This document shows positions 63,791 to 64,000 of a stretch of DNA of 64,000 bases, piece by piece. The notes under the pieces were generated by a model that was not told the DNA's origin, ran no database searches, and worked only from the letters and a program-made list of their open reading frames with translations. The first letter of the stretch is position 1. Each line of letters opens with the position of its first letter. The DNA comes from Lepidodermella squamata (Eukaryota > Animalia > Gastrotricha), in NCBI GenBank assembly GCA_047495785.1, contig JBLDXI010000003.1:1-64000 (forward strand). Reading direction: 5' to 3'. The translations under genes were made by a program, and so were the position numbers.

Positions 63791-64000
63791 CGAAGAGCGT
63801 TGTCTATCAGGAAACGCAAACTAATCTCATCGATCAGTGAAGGCACTTGCTGTCACTGAATGCATAATGCATACATGGTAAAATCGTCACTCGCAGCACA
63901 TCAGATCGTCAGGTCGGACGGCTTTCCGCAGGCTCACAGCTCACAACAGATCTCAGATCACATTGAAACGCGCGCGAGCAACCATTAATTTTTGACATTT

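Noticed and set aside
1-64000. Prokaryotic systems (CRISPR arrays, defence operons), tRNA or rRNA genes
   Set aside because: The window is spliceosomal-intron eukaryotic DNA; I saw no spaced direct-repeat array or structural RNA gene.

Overview
Compact, intron-containing animal genomic DNA. Introns are GT-AG and often 50-70 nt, exons are GC-rich and non-coding DNA is AT- and microsatellite-rich. This fits a small invertebrate; a free-living flatworm or similar meiofaunal animal is a guess from sequence style only. Bases 1-21.3 kb form a giant nested quasi-palindrome centred near 10,655, built from rearranged copies of the 13.5-21.3 kb locus, which holds four orphan single-pass membrane protein genes. 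The junctions carry short microhomologies and the differences I noticed between copies are small indels. This fits two successive fold-back events, more likely a whole-genome-amplification or assembly chimera than in vivo amplification. The rest of the window contains a CR1/L2 LINE fragment, G-protein gamma, GADD45GIP1, CHMP3, LEPROT/VPS55, NDUFS5, MRPL36, calreticulin, an orphan disordered protein, a GPI-anchored Ly6 protein and a Shisa/WBP1-like protein. It also has an SLC1/EAAT glutamate transporter with extra loop exons, three non-autonomous DNA transposons (two nested), a signal-peptide-bearing two-module ankyrin protein, UTP23 and a NEK-like kinase fused to ankyrin repeats. Many genes have a splice acceptor just before the ATG and some are only 140-210 bp apart, which suggests spliced-leader trans-splicing and operons. 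All gene models were read by eye; no database searches were run.
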